Assembly: GCA_035493955.1 (NCBI GenBank)
Contig: DATJHI010000003.1
Coordinates: forward strand, 971-64,970
Direction: 5' to 3'
DNA: 64,000 nucleotides
Source of the DNA: Caulobacteraceae bacterium
Lineage (GTDB): Bacteria; Pseudomonadota; Alphaproteobacteria; Caulobacterales; Caulobacteraceae
Part shown: in pieces, positions 1 to 13,978 of the stretch
Layout of the letters: the number at the start of each line of letters is the position of its first letter
Numbering within the stretch: position 1 is the stretch's first letter
Notes under the pieces: generated by a model
Told to the model about the DNA's origin: nothing
Database searches by the model: none
What the model saw: only the letters and a program-made list of their open reading frames with translations
Program-made: the position numbers and the translations under genes

Positions 1-50
1 GCGTCCCGGAATGACCGAGATCATAGCATAGGGGCATCGGACTCGCCCGC

Positions 51-1028
51 CTACCGCTTCGGCGGATAGGGCGTTTCCGGCACCGGCGTGAGCGGCGGCT
101 TGCCGGAGGCCCAGGCCAGGAGGTTGTCGACCACGAGCTGGTCCATGGCCGCACGCGTGGCTTCGCTGGCAGAGCCGAGATGCGGGAACAGAACGATGTG
201 GTCCATCTCGATCAGTTCTTTCGGCACATGCGGTTCGTTCACGACCACATCGAGGCCGGCGGAGAAGATCGTGCGGTCCTTCAGCGCCTTGATCAAAGCC
301 TGCTCGTCAACCACCGAGCCGCGCGCCATGTTGATCAGGATGCCGTTCGGGCCGAGCGCCTGGAGCACCTCGGCATTGATCATGTTCCGCGTCGCGGCCC
401 CGCCGGGGACAATGATCATCAGCGTGTCGACATCGTGCGCCATGTCGATGAGCTTGGGGTAGTACTTGTAATTCACGCCGTCTTGGCGGTTACGGCTGTG
501 ATAGACGACGGGCACGCCGAAGGCTTCGAGACGACGCGCGATCGCCTTGCCGATGCGGCCCATGCCGACCATGCCGACGGTGCGGTTGCGCAACGTCGCC
601 TTGCTCAGCGGGTAATACTTTTCCGGCCATTTGCCTGCGCGGACGTGGCGATCGGCTTGCGGGAACTCGCGCACGGTGCAGAGCAGGAGGCCGAGCGCGG
701 TGTCGGCGACCTCCTCGTTCAGCACGTCGGGCGTGTTGGTGACGACGATGCCGTGCTCACCGGCCCATTTTGCGTCGATGTGATCGTAGCCGACGCCGAA
801 GCTCGAAATCTGTTCGAGCTTGGGGAAGCGTTGCATGAAGGCTGCGTCGATCTTGTCGGCGGTGTAGGCGACGGCCAGCGCACGGATCGTCTCGGCATTG
901 GACTTGATGAAGGCGTCGCGGTCGGGATGATCGAACAGGACGTGCAGGTCGACCGTGCCTTCGAGGCCTTTGACGATGACCGGCTTCCTGTTGCCGACCA
1001 AGAGAACGTGCGGCTTTGCGCCAGCCAT
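51..1028 (-). CDS. D-isomer-specific 2-hydroxyacid dehydrogenase (glyoxylate/hydroxypyruvate reductase-like)
   Basis: 325-aa ORF with the NAD-binding motif GMVGMGRIGKAIARR and a family-typical C-terminal region (ARG..VDE..L, LDV....EP). Its start lies 12 nt downstream of the E2 gene stop on the same strand. Confidence 0.85.
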   Translation of the reverse strand: MAGAKPHVLLVGNRKPVIVKGLEGTVDLHVLFDHPDRDAFIKSNAETIRALAVAYTADKIDAAFMQRFPKLEQISSFGVGYDHIDAKWAGEHGIVVTNTPDVLNEEVADTALGLLLCTVREFPQADRHVRAGKWPEKYYPLSKATLRNRTVGMVGMGRIGKAIARRLEAFGVPVVYHSRNRQDGVNYKYYPKLIDMAHDVDTLMIIVPGGAATRNMINAEVLQALGPNGILINMARGSVVDEQALIKALKDRTIFSAGLDVVVNEPHVPKELIEMDHIVLFPHLGSASEATRAAMDQLVVDNLLAWASGKPPLTPVPETPYPPKR

Positions 1029-1040
1029 GCCATTACTCCG

Positions 1041-2348
1041 TTAGACCAGGAACGTAACCGGCGCTTCGACCAGTGACTTGAACGCCGCCAGGAGTTCGGC
1101 GCCGAGCGCGCCGTCCACCACGCGATGGTCGCAGGACAATGTGACCGTCATCTGGCTGACGAACTTCACACCGCCGCCATCGGTCTCGACCGGCGCCCGG
1201 CGCGACGCGCCGACCGCAAGGATCGTCGCATGCGGCGGATTGATGATGGCGGAGAATTCGCGCACGCCATACATGCCGAGATTGGAGATGGCGGACGCGC
1301 CGCCCTGATACTCGTTCGGCTTCAGCTTTTTCGAGCGGGCGCGTTCAGCGAGGTCGCGCATGTCAGCGGAGATCGCGGTGAGCGACTTCACGTCGGCGTT
1401 GCGCAGCACCGGCGTGATCAGGCCGCCGTCGAGCGCGACGGCGACGCCGATATCGGCGTGCGTGAAGCGCAGGATGCGGTCTTCCGCCCAGACGGCGTTC
1501 GCCGCGGGGACGCGCGTGAGCGCGATCGCCCAGGCCTTGATGATGAAGTCGTTGAGCGAGAGCTTGAAGGCGGGCTGCTTGTCGGCGCCTTTCGGGGCCG
1601 ACGCGTTCGCCTCCTCGCGCACCGCCATCAGCCGGCCGATGTCGATATCGGCGGTGAGATAGAAATGCGGGATGGTCTGCTTGGCCTCGATCAGGCGCGT
1701 GGCGATGGTCCGCCGCATCGAGTCGAGCGGGACCTCCTCATAGGCAATGCCGTCGAACAGCGCCTTGACCTGCGCGGTGCTGGCGCCGGTGGCAATCGCG
1801 AGGCCGCGCGCGGGGGCGGCATTTTCGACGTCGCGCGCGACGATGCGGCCGCGCGGGCCGGTGCCGGAAATGCGAGCGAGATCGATGCCGCGCTCGCCGG
1901 CGAGACGGCGCGCCAGCGGCGTCACCGTCGCGCCGCCGGGGAGCTTGGCCGCACCGTAATTGCGCTCGGGTGTGCGCACCTCGCGCCAGGGGTCCATCGG
2001 ACCCGCGGGCTTCCAGGTTTGTTGCGGCGAGACTTGCGTGGCCGACACGGGAATGCTTGCTTTTGGCGCCGGTGCAGCCGCTGCAGCGGCAGGCGCCGGT
2101 GCTGCCGAGGCGCCGCCGGCACCGGCGATGATCGCCACCACCGCGCCAACCTTGGCCACCTCACCGACTTGAAAGCGGATGTCGGTGAGCGTCCCGGCGC
2201 TCGTGGCCGGCACTTCCATCGAGGTCTTGTCGGTCTCGATCTCGAACAGATTGTCGCCGGGCTTGACGGCGTCGCCGGCCGACTTGAACCACTTCGTGAT
2301 CTTGCCTTCGGCGACCGTCTCGCCGAGTTGCGGCATTAGAACGTCCAC
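1041..2348 (-). CDS. Dihydrolipoamide acyltransferase, E2 component of a 2-oxoacid/acetoin dehydrogenase complex
   Basis: N-terminal lipoyl domain (EIETDKTSMEVPA), Ala/Pro linker, E3-binding-like segment (TPLARRLAGERGIDL), and catalytic domain with SCDHRVVDGA. GTG start at 2348 follows GAAGAGGTAGG. An ATG at 2336 is an alternative start. Confidence 0.9.
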   Translation of the reverse strand: MDVLMPQLGETVAEGKITKWFKSAGDAVKPGDNLFEIETDKTSMEVPATSAGTLTDIRFQVGEVAKVGAVVAIIAGAGGASAAPAPAAAAAAPAPKASIPVSATQVSPQQTWKPAGPMDPWREVRTPERNYGAAKLPGGATVTPLARRLAGERGIDLARISGTGPRGRIVARDVENAAPARGLAIATGASTAQVKALFDGIAYEEVPLDSMRRTIATRLIEAKQTIPHFYLTADIDIGRLMAVREEANASAPKGADKQPAFKLSLNDFIIKAWAIALTRVPAANAVWAEDRILRFTHADIGVAVALDGGLITPVLRNADVKSLTAISADMRDLAERARSKKLKPNEYQGGASAISNLGMYGVREFSAIINPPHATILAVGASRRAPVETDGGGVKFVSQMTVTLSCDHRVVDGALGAELLAAFKSLVEAPVTFLV

Positions 2349-2368
2349 GCGCCTACCTCTTCGTTGTC

Positions 2369-2405
2369 ATCACCGGGCCGGCCCGCAGGGCCGAGTCCCG
2401 GTGAT
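2369..2405 (-). other. Intercistronic GC-rich stem-loop between the ALDH and E2 genes
   Basis: ATCACCGGG...CCCGGTGAT outer stem (9 bp) encloses the inner stem CGGCCC-tgc-GGGCCG. Confidence 0.55.
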
Positions 2406-2443
2406 CCCGATTATCTTGGCACAGCCTCGTCTTCCTAAGCGGG

Positions 2444-2466
2444 ATGGCCGGGACAAGCCCGGCCAT
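2444..2466 (-). other. Second intercistronic stem-loop between the ALDH and E2 genes
   Basis: ATGGCCGGG-acaag-CCCGGCCAT: a perfect 9-bp stem. Confidence 0.55.
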
Positions 2467-2486
2467 GACAAGGCCGCGGCAGAACA

Positions 2487-3938
2487 TCACCACGTCACCG
2501 AGACATACTGCGTCTCGAGAAACTCTTTCATGCCTTCCGCCGCGCCTTCGCGGCCGAGGCCAGACTGCTTGGTGCCGCCGAACGGCGCCGCCGGATCGGA
2601 CACGAGACCGCGATTGAGGCCGATCATGCCGAAGTCGAGCTTCTCGGAGACGCGCAGGCCGCGCGTGAGATCTTTCGTGTAGAGATACGCCACGAGGCCA
2701 TATTCGGTGGCGTTGGCGCGCTTGATCGCCTCGTCCTCGGACTTGAAAGTCTGGATCGAGGCCACCGGCCCAAAGATTTCCTCGTTCAGCATCTTGGCTG
2801 TGTCAGGCACGTTGGTGAGCACGGTGGCCGGATAGAAGAAGCCCGGACCCGTAGGCAGCTTGCCGCCGGTGAGCACCTTCGCGCCCTTTGAAACAGCGTC
2901 ATCGACCAGCTCGATCACCTTGTCGCGGCCTTCGGCATTTACCAGCGGGCCGAGCGCGACGCCATCATCAAGCCCGTTGCCCATCTTCAGGCCGGACATC
3001 TTGGCGGTCAGCTTCTTGGCGAATTCGTCGTGCACCTTCTCGTGCACATAGAAGCGGTTCGCCGCCGTGCAGGCCTCGCCCATGTTGCGCATCTTGGCGA
3101 TCATCGCCCCATCGACGGCGGCGTCGATGTCGGCGTCCTCGAAGACGATGAAGGGCGCGTTGCCGCCCAGTTCCATCGACGGCTTGACCACATTGTGCGC
3201 GGCCTCCTTCAGCAGCACCCGGCCGACCTGGGTCGAACCGGTGAAGGAGATCACTCGCACCCGCAGATCGGCCAGCATGGCCGAGACCACCGCGCCGGAC
3301 TGCTGCGACGGGACCACATTGACGACGCCGGCGGGCACTCCCGCCTCTTCCAGGATCGGCATCAGCGCCAGCATGGTCAGGGGCGTGGCCGAGGCCGGCT
3401 TGACCACCACGGTGCAGCCGGCGGCCAGGGCAGGGCCGATCTTGCGGGTGGCCATGGCGGCGGGGAAGTTCCACGGCGTCACCAGCACCGAGACGCCGGC
3501 CGGCTTGTAGTAGGTCAGGATGCGCGCGCCGGTGGACGGCGCGGTCGAGACCTGGCCGATCACCCGCACCGCTTCTTCGGCGTTCCAGCGGAAGAACTCG
3601 GCGGCGTAAGCGGCCTCGGCTCTGCTGTCCTCCAGGCCCTTGCCGTTCTCCAGGGTGATGATCTTGGCGATCCGCTCCTTCTCGCGGATCATGATCTCAT
3701 AGGCCTTGCGCAGGATCTCGCCCCGCTCGCGCGGGCTTTTGGCCGCCCACGCGGCGCCGGCCCTATGGGCGGCGTCCACCGCGCCGATGCAATCCTCGAC
3801 CGAAGCCGAGGCCACCGTGGTGATGGTCTGTTCGATGGCCGGGTCCTCGACCTCGAAACGGGCGCCGTCGGAGGCGGGGCGCCACTGGCCGTCGATCCAA
3901 AGATCGGTGGAAACCCCGGCCAACAGGTTTTCGTACAT
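2487..3938 (-). CDS. NAD(P)+-dependent aldehyde dehydrogenase (succinate-semialdehyde/acetaldehyde dehydrogenase-like)
   Basis: Trimmed from the 682-aa track ORF to the ATG at 3938 (MYENLLAG...). ALDH motifs are present: VTPWNFP, ELGGNAP, EEIFGPV. The discarded upstream 199 aa are Arg/Gly/Pro-rich and overlap the E1beta gene in another frame. GAGG lies upstream of the ATG. Confidence 0.85.
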   Translation of the reverse strand: MYENLLAGVSTDLWIDGQWRPASDGARFEVEDPAIEQTITTVASASVEDCIGAVDAAHRAGAAWAAKSPRERGEILRKAYEIMIREKERIAKIITLENGKGLEDSRAEAAYAAEFFRWNAEEAVRVIGQVSTAPSTGARILTYYKPAGVSVLVTPWNFPAAMATRKIGPALAAGCTVVVKPASATPLTMLALMPILEEAGVPAGVVNVVPSQQSGAVVSAMLADLRVRVISFTGSTQVGRVLLKEAAHNVVKPSMELGGNAPFIVFEDADIDAAVDGAMIAKMRNMGEACTAANRFYVHEKVHDEFAKKLTAKMSGLKMGNGLDDGVALGPLVNAEGRDKVIELVDDAVSKGAKVLTGGKLPTGPGFFYPATVLTNVPDTAKMLNEEIFGPVASIQTFKSEDEAIKRANATEYGLVAYLYTKDLTRGLRVSEKLDFGMIGLNRGLVSDPAAPFGGTKQSGLGREGAAEGMKEFLETQYVSVTW

Positions 3939-3946
3939 GGCGAGCC

Positions 3947-4927
3947 TCAACTTGACAGGGATTTGCGCACCGTCTCCACGACCCGGTCCACGCTTGGGAT
4001 GACCATGTCTTCCAGAAGATCGGCGGCGGGCAAGGGAATATGCGGTGCGGTGATGCGCACCGGCGGGCCGTCCAGATCGTAGAAGGCTTCGTCGGCGACG
4101 ATCGAGACGATCTCGGCCCCCCAGCCGAGGACGCGGGGGTTCTCCTCCACCGTGAACACCCGATGGGTGCGGGCTACCGACCCGAGCAGGGTCTGGGTGT
4201 CGAGGGGGACCAGGGAGCGCACGTCGATGACCTCGGCGGAGATGCCGAACTCGGCCGCCAGCCGTTCGGCGGCGGCCAGCGCCCGGTGGACCATCAGGCC
4301 CAGCGCGATGAGGGTGCAGTCCGTGCCGGGCCTTAGGATCTTGGCCGTGCCCAGGGTGTCGACGATCTCCCCGTCGGGGACCTCGCCCTTGATGGCGTAG
4401 AGGCCCTTGTGCTCCATGAACATGACCGGGTCCGGATCGCGCACCGCCGCCGCCATCAGCCCGATCACGTCCACCGGCGAAGAGGGCGAGACCACCTTCA
4501 GGCCGGGGAACTGCATGCACCAGTTCTCGACGCACTGGCTGTGCTGGGCCCCGAAGCGAAGGCCGCCGCCGCCGCCGAAGCGGATCACCAGCGGACAGCC
4601 GACCTGCCCATTGGTCATGTAGCGGGCCTTGGGCATCTCGTTGGCGACGTAGTCGTAACAGACGGCCAGGAAGTCGGCGAACATGATCTCGGCGATGGGC
4701 TTCAGGCCGGTCATCGCCGCGCCCATGGCCGCGCCCAGGATCGCCTGTTCGGAGATCGGGGTGTCGCGCACCCGCAGGGGGCCGAACTGGTCCAGCAGGC
4801 CAAGCGTGGCCTTGAACACGCCGCCGGCTTTGGCGATGTCCTCGCCGAGGAAGACCACGTCCTCGTCGCGCGCCATCTCCTGGGCGATGCCGCGGGCGAC
4901 GGCCTCGCGATAGGTCAGTTCCGCCAT
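3947..4927 (-). CDS. 2-oxoacid (acetoin/pyruvate-type) dehydrogenase E1 component, beta subunit
   Basis: 326 aa. The N-terminus MAELTYREAV...VVFLGEDIAKAGGVFKAT..L...FG..RV.DTPISE is typical of transketolase-like E1beta. It overlaps the E1alpha stop by 13 nt. Confidence 0.9.
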   Translation of the reverse strand: MAELTYREAVARGIAQEMARDEDVVFLGEDIAKAGGVFKATLGLLDQFGPLRVRDTPISEQAILGAAMGAAMTGLKPIAEIMFADFLAVCYDYVANEMPKARYMTNGQVGCPLVIRFGGGGGLRFGAQHSQCVENWCMQFPGLKVVSPSSPVDVIGLMAAAVRDPDPVMFMEHKGLYAIKGEVPDGEIVDTLGTAKILRPGTDCTLIALGLMVHRALAAAERLAAEFGISAEVIDVRSLVPLDTQTLLGSVARTHRVFTVEENPRVLGWGAEIVSIVADEAFYDLDGPPVRITAPHIPLPAADLLEDMVIPSVDRVVETVRKSLSS

Positions 4928-5952
4928 GCCCAGCCCCCGTCGGCGTAAACGTCGGTGAACAGAATATCCGCAGAGGTGGTCGGCGCCGCCTTGCAGGCCG
5001 CGGTGGCGTCGTCGACGATCTTCGCCACCTCGGCGTCGATCGCCTGCATCTGCGCCTCGGCGACCCCGAACTGGCGCAGGCGCTCCCGGTAGATCAGCAG
5101 CGGGTCCTTCTCCTTCCAGCGTTCCAGTTCGCCCTCGGGGCGATACTTGGCCGGGTCGGCGCGGGAGTGGCCGGAATGGCGGTAGGTCAGGGCCTCGATC
5201 AGGGAGGGGCCGTCGCCGGCGCGGGCCTTCTCGAAAGCCTTGCTCATGGTGCGGAACACCACGTCGGCGTCGTTGCCGTCGATGACGATCCGCTCGAGGC
5301 CGTTGGCCGAGGCCCGGTCCGCCGCCGGATGTTCCACCGAGGTCACTTCCGAGATTGGGGTGTACTCCATGTAGAGATTGTTCTCGCAGACGAAGACCAC
5401 CGGCAGCTTCCAGATCGCCGCGAAATTCAGCGCCTCGTGGAAGGCCCCGATGTTGGTGGTCCCGTCGCCGAAGAAACAGACGGTGACGTCGCCGGCCTGC
5501 TTGTACTGGGACCGCCAGGCCGCCCCGCAGGCGATGGGAAGATGGGCCCCGATGATGGCGTAGGAGCCCATCACCCCGTGCTCGACCGAGGTCAGGTGCA
5601 TCGACCCGCCCTTGCCGCGCATCAGGCCGTTGTCGCGGCCCATCAGTTCGCCCAGGACCTTCTCCACCGGCACGCCGCGGGCCAGGGTGTGGGCGTGGCC
5701 GCGGTAGGTGCAGAAACTGAGGTCCCCCGGCTTCATGGCGGCGGCGACGCCGGCGGCGATGGCCTCCTGGCCGATGGACAGGTGGCTGGTGCCCTTGATC
5801 AGGTTCTCGAAGAACAGGTCGTTGGCCCGCTGCTCGGCCTGGCGGATGGTGACCTGCAGCCGGTACATCTCCAGCCGCTTGGCTTCGCCGATGTCGTCGT
5901 TCGCCTTCAGGGCGACGGCGGCGCCTGGGGCGCGAGCGGGTTTCCTCGCCAT
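4915..5952 (-). CDS. Thiamine-diphosphate-dependent 2-oxoacid/acetoin dehydrogenase E1 component, alpha subunit
   Basis: 345 aa with TPP-binding motif GDGTTNIGAFHEALNFAAIWKLPVVFVCENNLY and the GKGGSMH motif. Confidence 0.9.
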   Translation of the reverse strand: MARKPARAPGAAVALKANDDIGEAKRLEMYRLQVTIRQAEQRANDLFFENLIKGTSHLSIGQEAIAAGVAAAMKPGDLSFCTYRGHAHTLARGVPVEKVLGELMGRDNGLMRGKGGSMHLTSVEHGVMGSYAIIGAHLPIACGAAWRSQYKQAGDVTVCFFGDGTTNIGAFHEALNFAAIWKLPVVFVCENNLYMEYTPISEVTSVEHPAADRASANGLERIVIDGNDADVVFRTMSKAFEKARAGDGPSLIEALTYRHSGHSRADPAKYRPEGELERWKEKDPLLIYRERLRQFGVAEAQMQAIDAEVAKIVDDATAACKAAPTTSADILFTDVYADGGWAWRN

Positions 5953-6139
5953 GACTGGAACCTCGAAGGTCTCTTGATTGCGGGAGAGGGTTTTAGCCGA
6001 TCAGGCGGGCGGGGGAAGCGGCATGACCGCCGGCCGGGGTGCGGGGCAGGGCGCCGGGTCGGCGAGGCGGGGGATGCGCATCAAAAATGGGCCTTGGCCA
6101 TGTCGAACCGCTCGCTGCGCCGTTGCGCCGGTTATCGAC

Positions 6140-6167
6140 AATTTCGGGGTATACGCAAGAAATTTCG
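6140..6167. promoter_or_regulatory. Candidate GntR operator in the divergent promoter region
   Basis: AATTTCG GGGTATACGCAAGA AATTTCG: a direct repeat of AATTTCG flanks a GTATAC palindrome (TTTC-N3-GTATAC-N4-GAAA). This is the most AT-rich patch of the intergenic region. Confidence 0.3.
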
Positions 6168-6230
6168 TCGTTTTGGCGGGGTGCGGCCGGAGCGGTTGAC
6201 CCCGCCCGGCGGTTCTTCGACATTGGGGGG

Positions 6231-6998
6231 ATGGGACGACCCCGAACCAACGCCTTGACCCCTGCCGAACCCGTGGACGATCTGTCGCCCGAGCCTGCCC
6301 GCGAGGCGGACGCGGGTACGAAGACCGCCCCCGACAAGGCCAACTCCTTGACCGGTTCGGTCTATCAGCAGCTGCGCGCCGACCTCCTGTCCGGTCACTA
6401 TCGCCCGGGCGAGAAGCTGCGGGCCGAGGACCTGCGTCGCCGCTTCAACATCGGCTCCAGTCCCATCCGCGAAGCGCTGAACCGGCTCCTGGCCGAGGGT
6501 TTCGTCGCCCTGGAGGAGCAGAAGGGCTTTCGTGTCGCCCCGGTGAGCGGCCAGGAGCTCGAGGAACTGGTGCGGGCGCGCTGCCTGATCGACGGGGCCG
6601 CGGTCGCCGAGGGCATCAAGCGTTACGAGACCGGCTGGGAGGAAGGGCTGGTGCTGGCCCTGCACCGGCTGTCGCGGGTGGCCAGGCGGACCGACGAGGA
6701 GCCCAACGCCGACAATCCCGAATGGGAGCGGCTGCACCGGGCCTTCCATTCCGCCCTGGTCGCGGGATGCGGCTCGCGCTGGCTGTCGCGGATCAGCGAG
6801 CAATTGTTCGACAGCGCCGAACGTTACCGGCTGCTGGCCGCCGACGCGCTTTCCCCACGCAACGAGCTGGAGGAGCACCGCGCCATCACCCAGGCCTGCC
6901 TCGACCGCCGTCCTGAGGACGCCACCCGGCTGATCGAGGCCCACTATGCGAGCACTTGCCACACCATCCTGAAGTCGTTTCCGATGGCGGGTCGCTGA
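6231..6998 (+). CDS. GntR-family transcriptional regulator (FadR/FCD subfamily)
   Basis: Winged-HTH segment (YQQLRADLLSGHYRPGEKLRAEDLRRRFNIGSSPIREALNRLLAEGFV) followed by an all-helical FCD-like C-terminal domain. Start placed at the in-frame ATG 6231; the upstream part of the track ORF is Arg/Gly-rich. Divergent from the dehydrogenase operon. Confidence 0.8.
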   Translation: MGRPRTNALTPAEPVDDLSPEPAREADAGTKTAPDKANSLTGSVYQQLRADLLSGHYRPGEKLRAEDLRRRFNIGSSPIREALNRLLAEGFVALEEQKGFRVAPVSGQELEELVRARCLIDGAAVAEGIKRYETGWEEGLVLALHRLSRVARRTDEEPNADNPEWERLHRAFHSALVAGCGSRWLSRISEQLFDSAERYRLLAADALSPRNELEEHRAITQACLDRRPEDATRLIEAHYASTCHTILKSFPMAGR

Positions 6999-7211
6999 TA
7001 GAGAGATGGAATAGAGGCGCGGGGTCCGCCCAAGGCCTGCACGGTCGCTGTTTGTTGATTGGATTAGGTCTGGCGCGAAACGGCTAAGAATGGCATGCGC
7101 ACTCGCCCCCGCAGCGGGGGTGCTTGCCAAGTCCGGCCGGGTGACAGAAAACTTCCCCGATCCCGCAGGCCTGCATTCGCCGAAGCCTCTGAAGTTCAGG
7201 AACCTGCCCGT

Positions 7212-11855
<4,644 letters not shown>

Positions 11856-11938
11856 CAACGAGCGCGCGATGCGAAGAAGCAGATCCCCCTCTTTCGCGTA
11901 GATTCCGCTCTTAATGCTTAGAATCGATCACGTCTTGT

Positions 11939-11965
11939 GGTTTTGGATCGATAGAATCCAAAACC
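11939..11965 (+). other. Intercistronic stem-loop between gltB and gltD
   Basis: GGTTTTGGAT-cgataga-ATCCAAAACC: a perfect 10-bp stem with a 7-nt loop, in a locally AT-rich 138-nt spacer. Confidence 0.6.
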
Positions 11966-11993
11966 ATGCTGATCTAGGAAGGCTGGAACACTG

Positions 11994-13445
11994 ATGGGAA
12001 AGCCCACTGGCTTCCTGGAAATCGAACGCCGCGACCGGGCCTATGACCCACCCGAAGCGCGGCTGAAGACCTGGAACGAGTTCGTCATCCCCTTGGCGCA
12101 GGCCGACGCCAAGGACCAGGCGGCGCGCTGCATGGATTGCGGCATCCCGTTCTGTCACCAGGGCTGCCCGGTCAACAACCTGATCCCCGACTGGAACAAC
12201 CTGGTCTATCGCGGCCAGTGGAAGACCGCGTCGGAGAGCCTGCACTCGACCAACAACTTCCCGGAGTTCACCGGGCGGGTGTGTCCGGCGCCGTGCGAGG
12301 CGTCCTGCACCCTCAACATCCAGGACGCGCCGGTCACCATCAAGACCATCGAATGCGCCATCGTCGATCGCGGATGGGAGGAGGGCTGGATCCGGCCCGA
12401 GCCTTCGCCCCGCGGCACCGGCCGGCGCGTGGCCGTGGTGGGCTCAGGCCCCGCCGGTCTCGCCTGCGCCCAGCAACTGGCGCGGGTCGGCCACTCGGTC
12501 ACCGTGTTCGAGAAGAGCGACCGCCCCGGCGGCCTGCTCCGCTATGGCATCCCCGACTTCAAGATGGAAAAGCACCTGATCGACCGGCGCGTCCGCCAGA
12601 TGGAGGCGGAGGGGGTGATCTTCCGCACCGGCATCGAGGTCGGCGCGACGGTGACGGTGCAACGCCTGCTCGACGACTACGACGCCCTGGTCATGTCAGG
12701 CGGGGCCGAACATCCCCGCGACCTCGACCTGCCCGAACGCCATCTGGACGGCATCCATTTCGCCATGGACTTCCTGCCGCAGCAAAACAGGCGCGTGGCC
12801 GGCGACGACGAGGCGCGGGCGGCGCCGAACGGGACCATCTCCGCCAAGGGCAAGCACGTGGTGGTGATCGGCGGCGGCGACACCGGTTCGGACTGCATCG
12901 GCACCTCCAACCGTCAGGGGGCCCTGTCGGTGACCCAACTGGAAATCCTGCCCCAGCCGCCGGTCCGGGAGAACAAGGCCCTGACCTGGCCCGACTGGCC
13001 GCTGAAGCTGCGCACCTCGTCCTCGCAGGCCGAGGGCTGCGAGCGCGATTTCGCCGTCCTGACCAAGCGCGCCGTCGGCCAGGACGGCGCGGTCCGGGCG
13101 CTGGAATGCGTTCGGGTGGAGTGGGTCAAGGGCGACGACGGCCGCATGCAGATGCAGGAGGTCGCGGGCAGCAACTTCGAGCTGAAGGCCGACCTCGTCC
13201 TGTTGGCCATGGGCTTCCTCGGCCCCCACCATCCCGGCATGGTCGAGCAGGCCGGCGTGGCCCTGGACGCCCGCAGCAACGTCAAGGCCAACGAGATCGA
13301 CTACCGCACCACCGCCACCCGCATCTTTTCCTGCGGCGACATGCGGCGCGGCCAGTCCCTGGTAGTCTGGGCCATCCGGGAGGGCCGCCAGTGCGCCCGC
13401 GCGGTGGATGAGTTCCTGATGGGGCGCAGCGACCTGCCGCGCTGA
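11994..13445 (+). CDS. gltD: Glutamate synthase (NADPH) small subunit
   Basis: 483 aa. [10 protein letters not shown]-terminus, Fe-S cysteine clusters ([18 protein letters not shown]), and the dinucleotide fold [14 protein letters not shown]. Confidence 0.95.
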   Translation: MGKPTGFLEIERRDRAYDPPEARLKTWNEFVIPLAQADAKDQAARCMDCGIPFCHQGCPVNNLIPDWNNLVYRGQWKTASESLHSTNNFPEFTGRVCPAPCEASCTLNIQDAPVTIKTIECAIVDRGWEEGWIRPEPSPRGTGRRVAVVGSGPAGLACAQQLARVGHSVTVFEKSDRPGGLLRYGIPDFKMEKHLIDRRVRQMEAEGVIFRTGIEVGATVTVQRLLDDYDALVMSGGAEHPRDLDLPERHLDGIHFAMDFLPQQNRRVAGDDEARAAPNGTISAKGKHVVVIGGGDTGSDCIGTSNRQGALSVTQLEILPQPPVRENKALTWPDWPLKLRTSSSQAEGCERDFAVLTKRAVGQDGAVRALECVRVEWVKGDDGRMQMQEVAGSNFELKADLVLLAMGFLGPHHPGMVEQAGVALDARSNVKANEIDYRTTATRIFSCGDMRRGQSLVVWAIREGRQCARAVDEFLMGRSDLPR

Positions 13446-13523
13446 GCGCGTCAGAAAGCCCGAGCGGCTTCGCCGACCTTCGGTTCGCCGCTCGGGGCCG
13501 CTCCTTGATGTGAGGAGTACCAG

Positions 13524-13922
13524 ATGAGCGACGACCGCTTCGAGCGCGGCAAGGCCCTGCTGTCCCGGATGCACGGCGCCCGGGGCGAGGCGGCGATGGA
13601 GGCCTTGGCCGACCTCGCTCCGGACCTCGCCCGCCTGGTGGCCGAGCACGCCTTCGCCGACCTCTACGCCAGGCCGGGCCTGGACCTGAAGACCCGCCAG
13701 TTCGCCACCGTCGCCGCACTGATCGCCATGGGCGACAGCCAGCCCCAGCTGGAAGTGCACATGAACGCGGCCATGCGTCTGGGCTGGACCCAAGGAGAGC
13801 TGGTGGAGCTGATCCTGCAGATGTCCGCCTACGCCGGCTTTCCTGCCGCCATGAAGGCGGTCAGCGCCTTGCGCGCCGCGCTGGCGATGCGCGCGGAGGA
13901 CGAGGGTGGGGTGAAAGGCTAG
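13524..13922 (+). CDS. Carboxymuconolactone decarboxylase (CMD/AhpD-like) family protein
   Basis: 132 aa. The pattern ...FADLYARPGLDLKTRQFATVAALIAMG...QLEVHMNAAMRLGWTQGELVELILQMSAYAGFPAA is characteristic of the CMD family. GAGGAG RBS precedes the ATG. Confidence 0.8.
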   Translation: MSDDRFERGKALLSRMHGARGEAAMEALADLAPDLARLVAEHAFADLYARPGLDLKTRQFATVAALIAMGDSQPQLEVHMNAAMRLGWTQGELVELILQMSAYAGFPAAMKAVSALRAALAMRAEDEGGVKG

Positions 13923-13978
13923 CGCCGCTCCGACCCTGGGGTTAAGCCTCGCGGACCACAAGTTCAGAGGGCTTTTCC

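Noticed and set aside
3939-4535. N-terminal 199-aa extension of the aldehyde dehydrogenase ORF
   Set aside because: The extension is Arg/Gly/Pro-rich and overlaps the E1beta gene in another frame. The ALDH homology begins at the ATG at 3938, which has its own GAGG.
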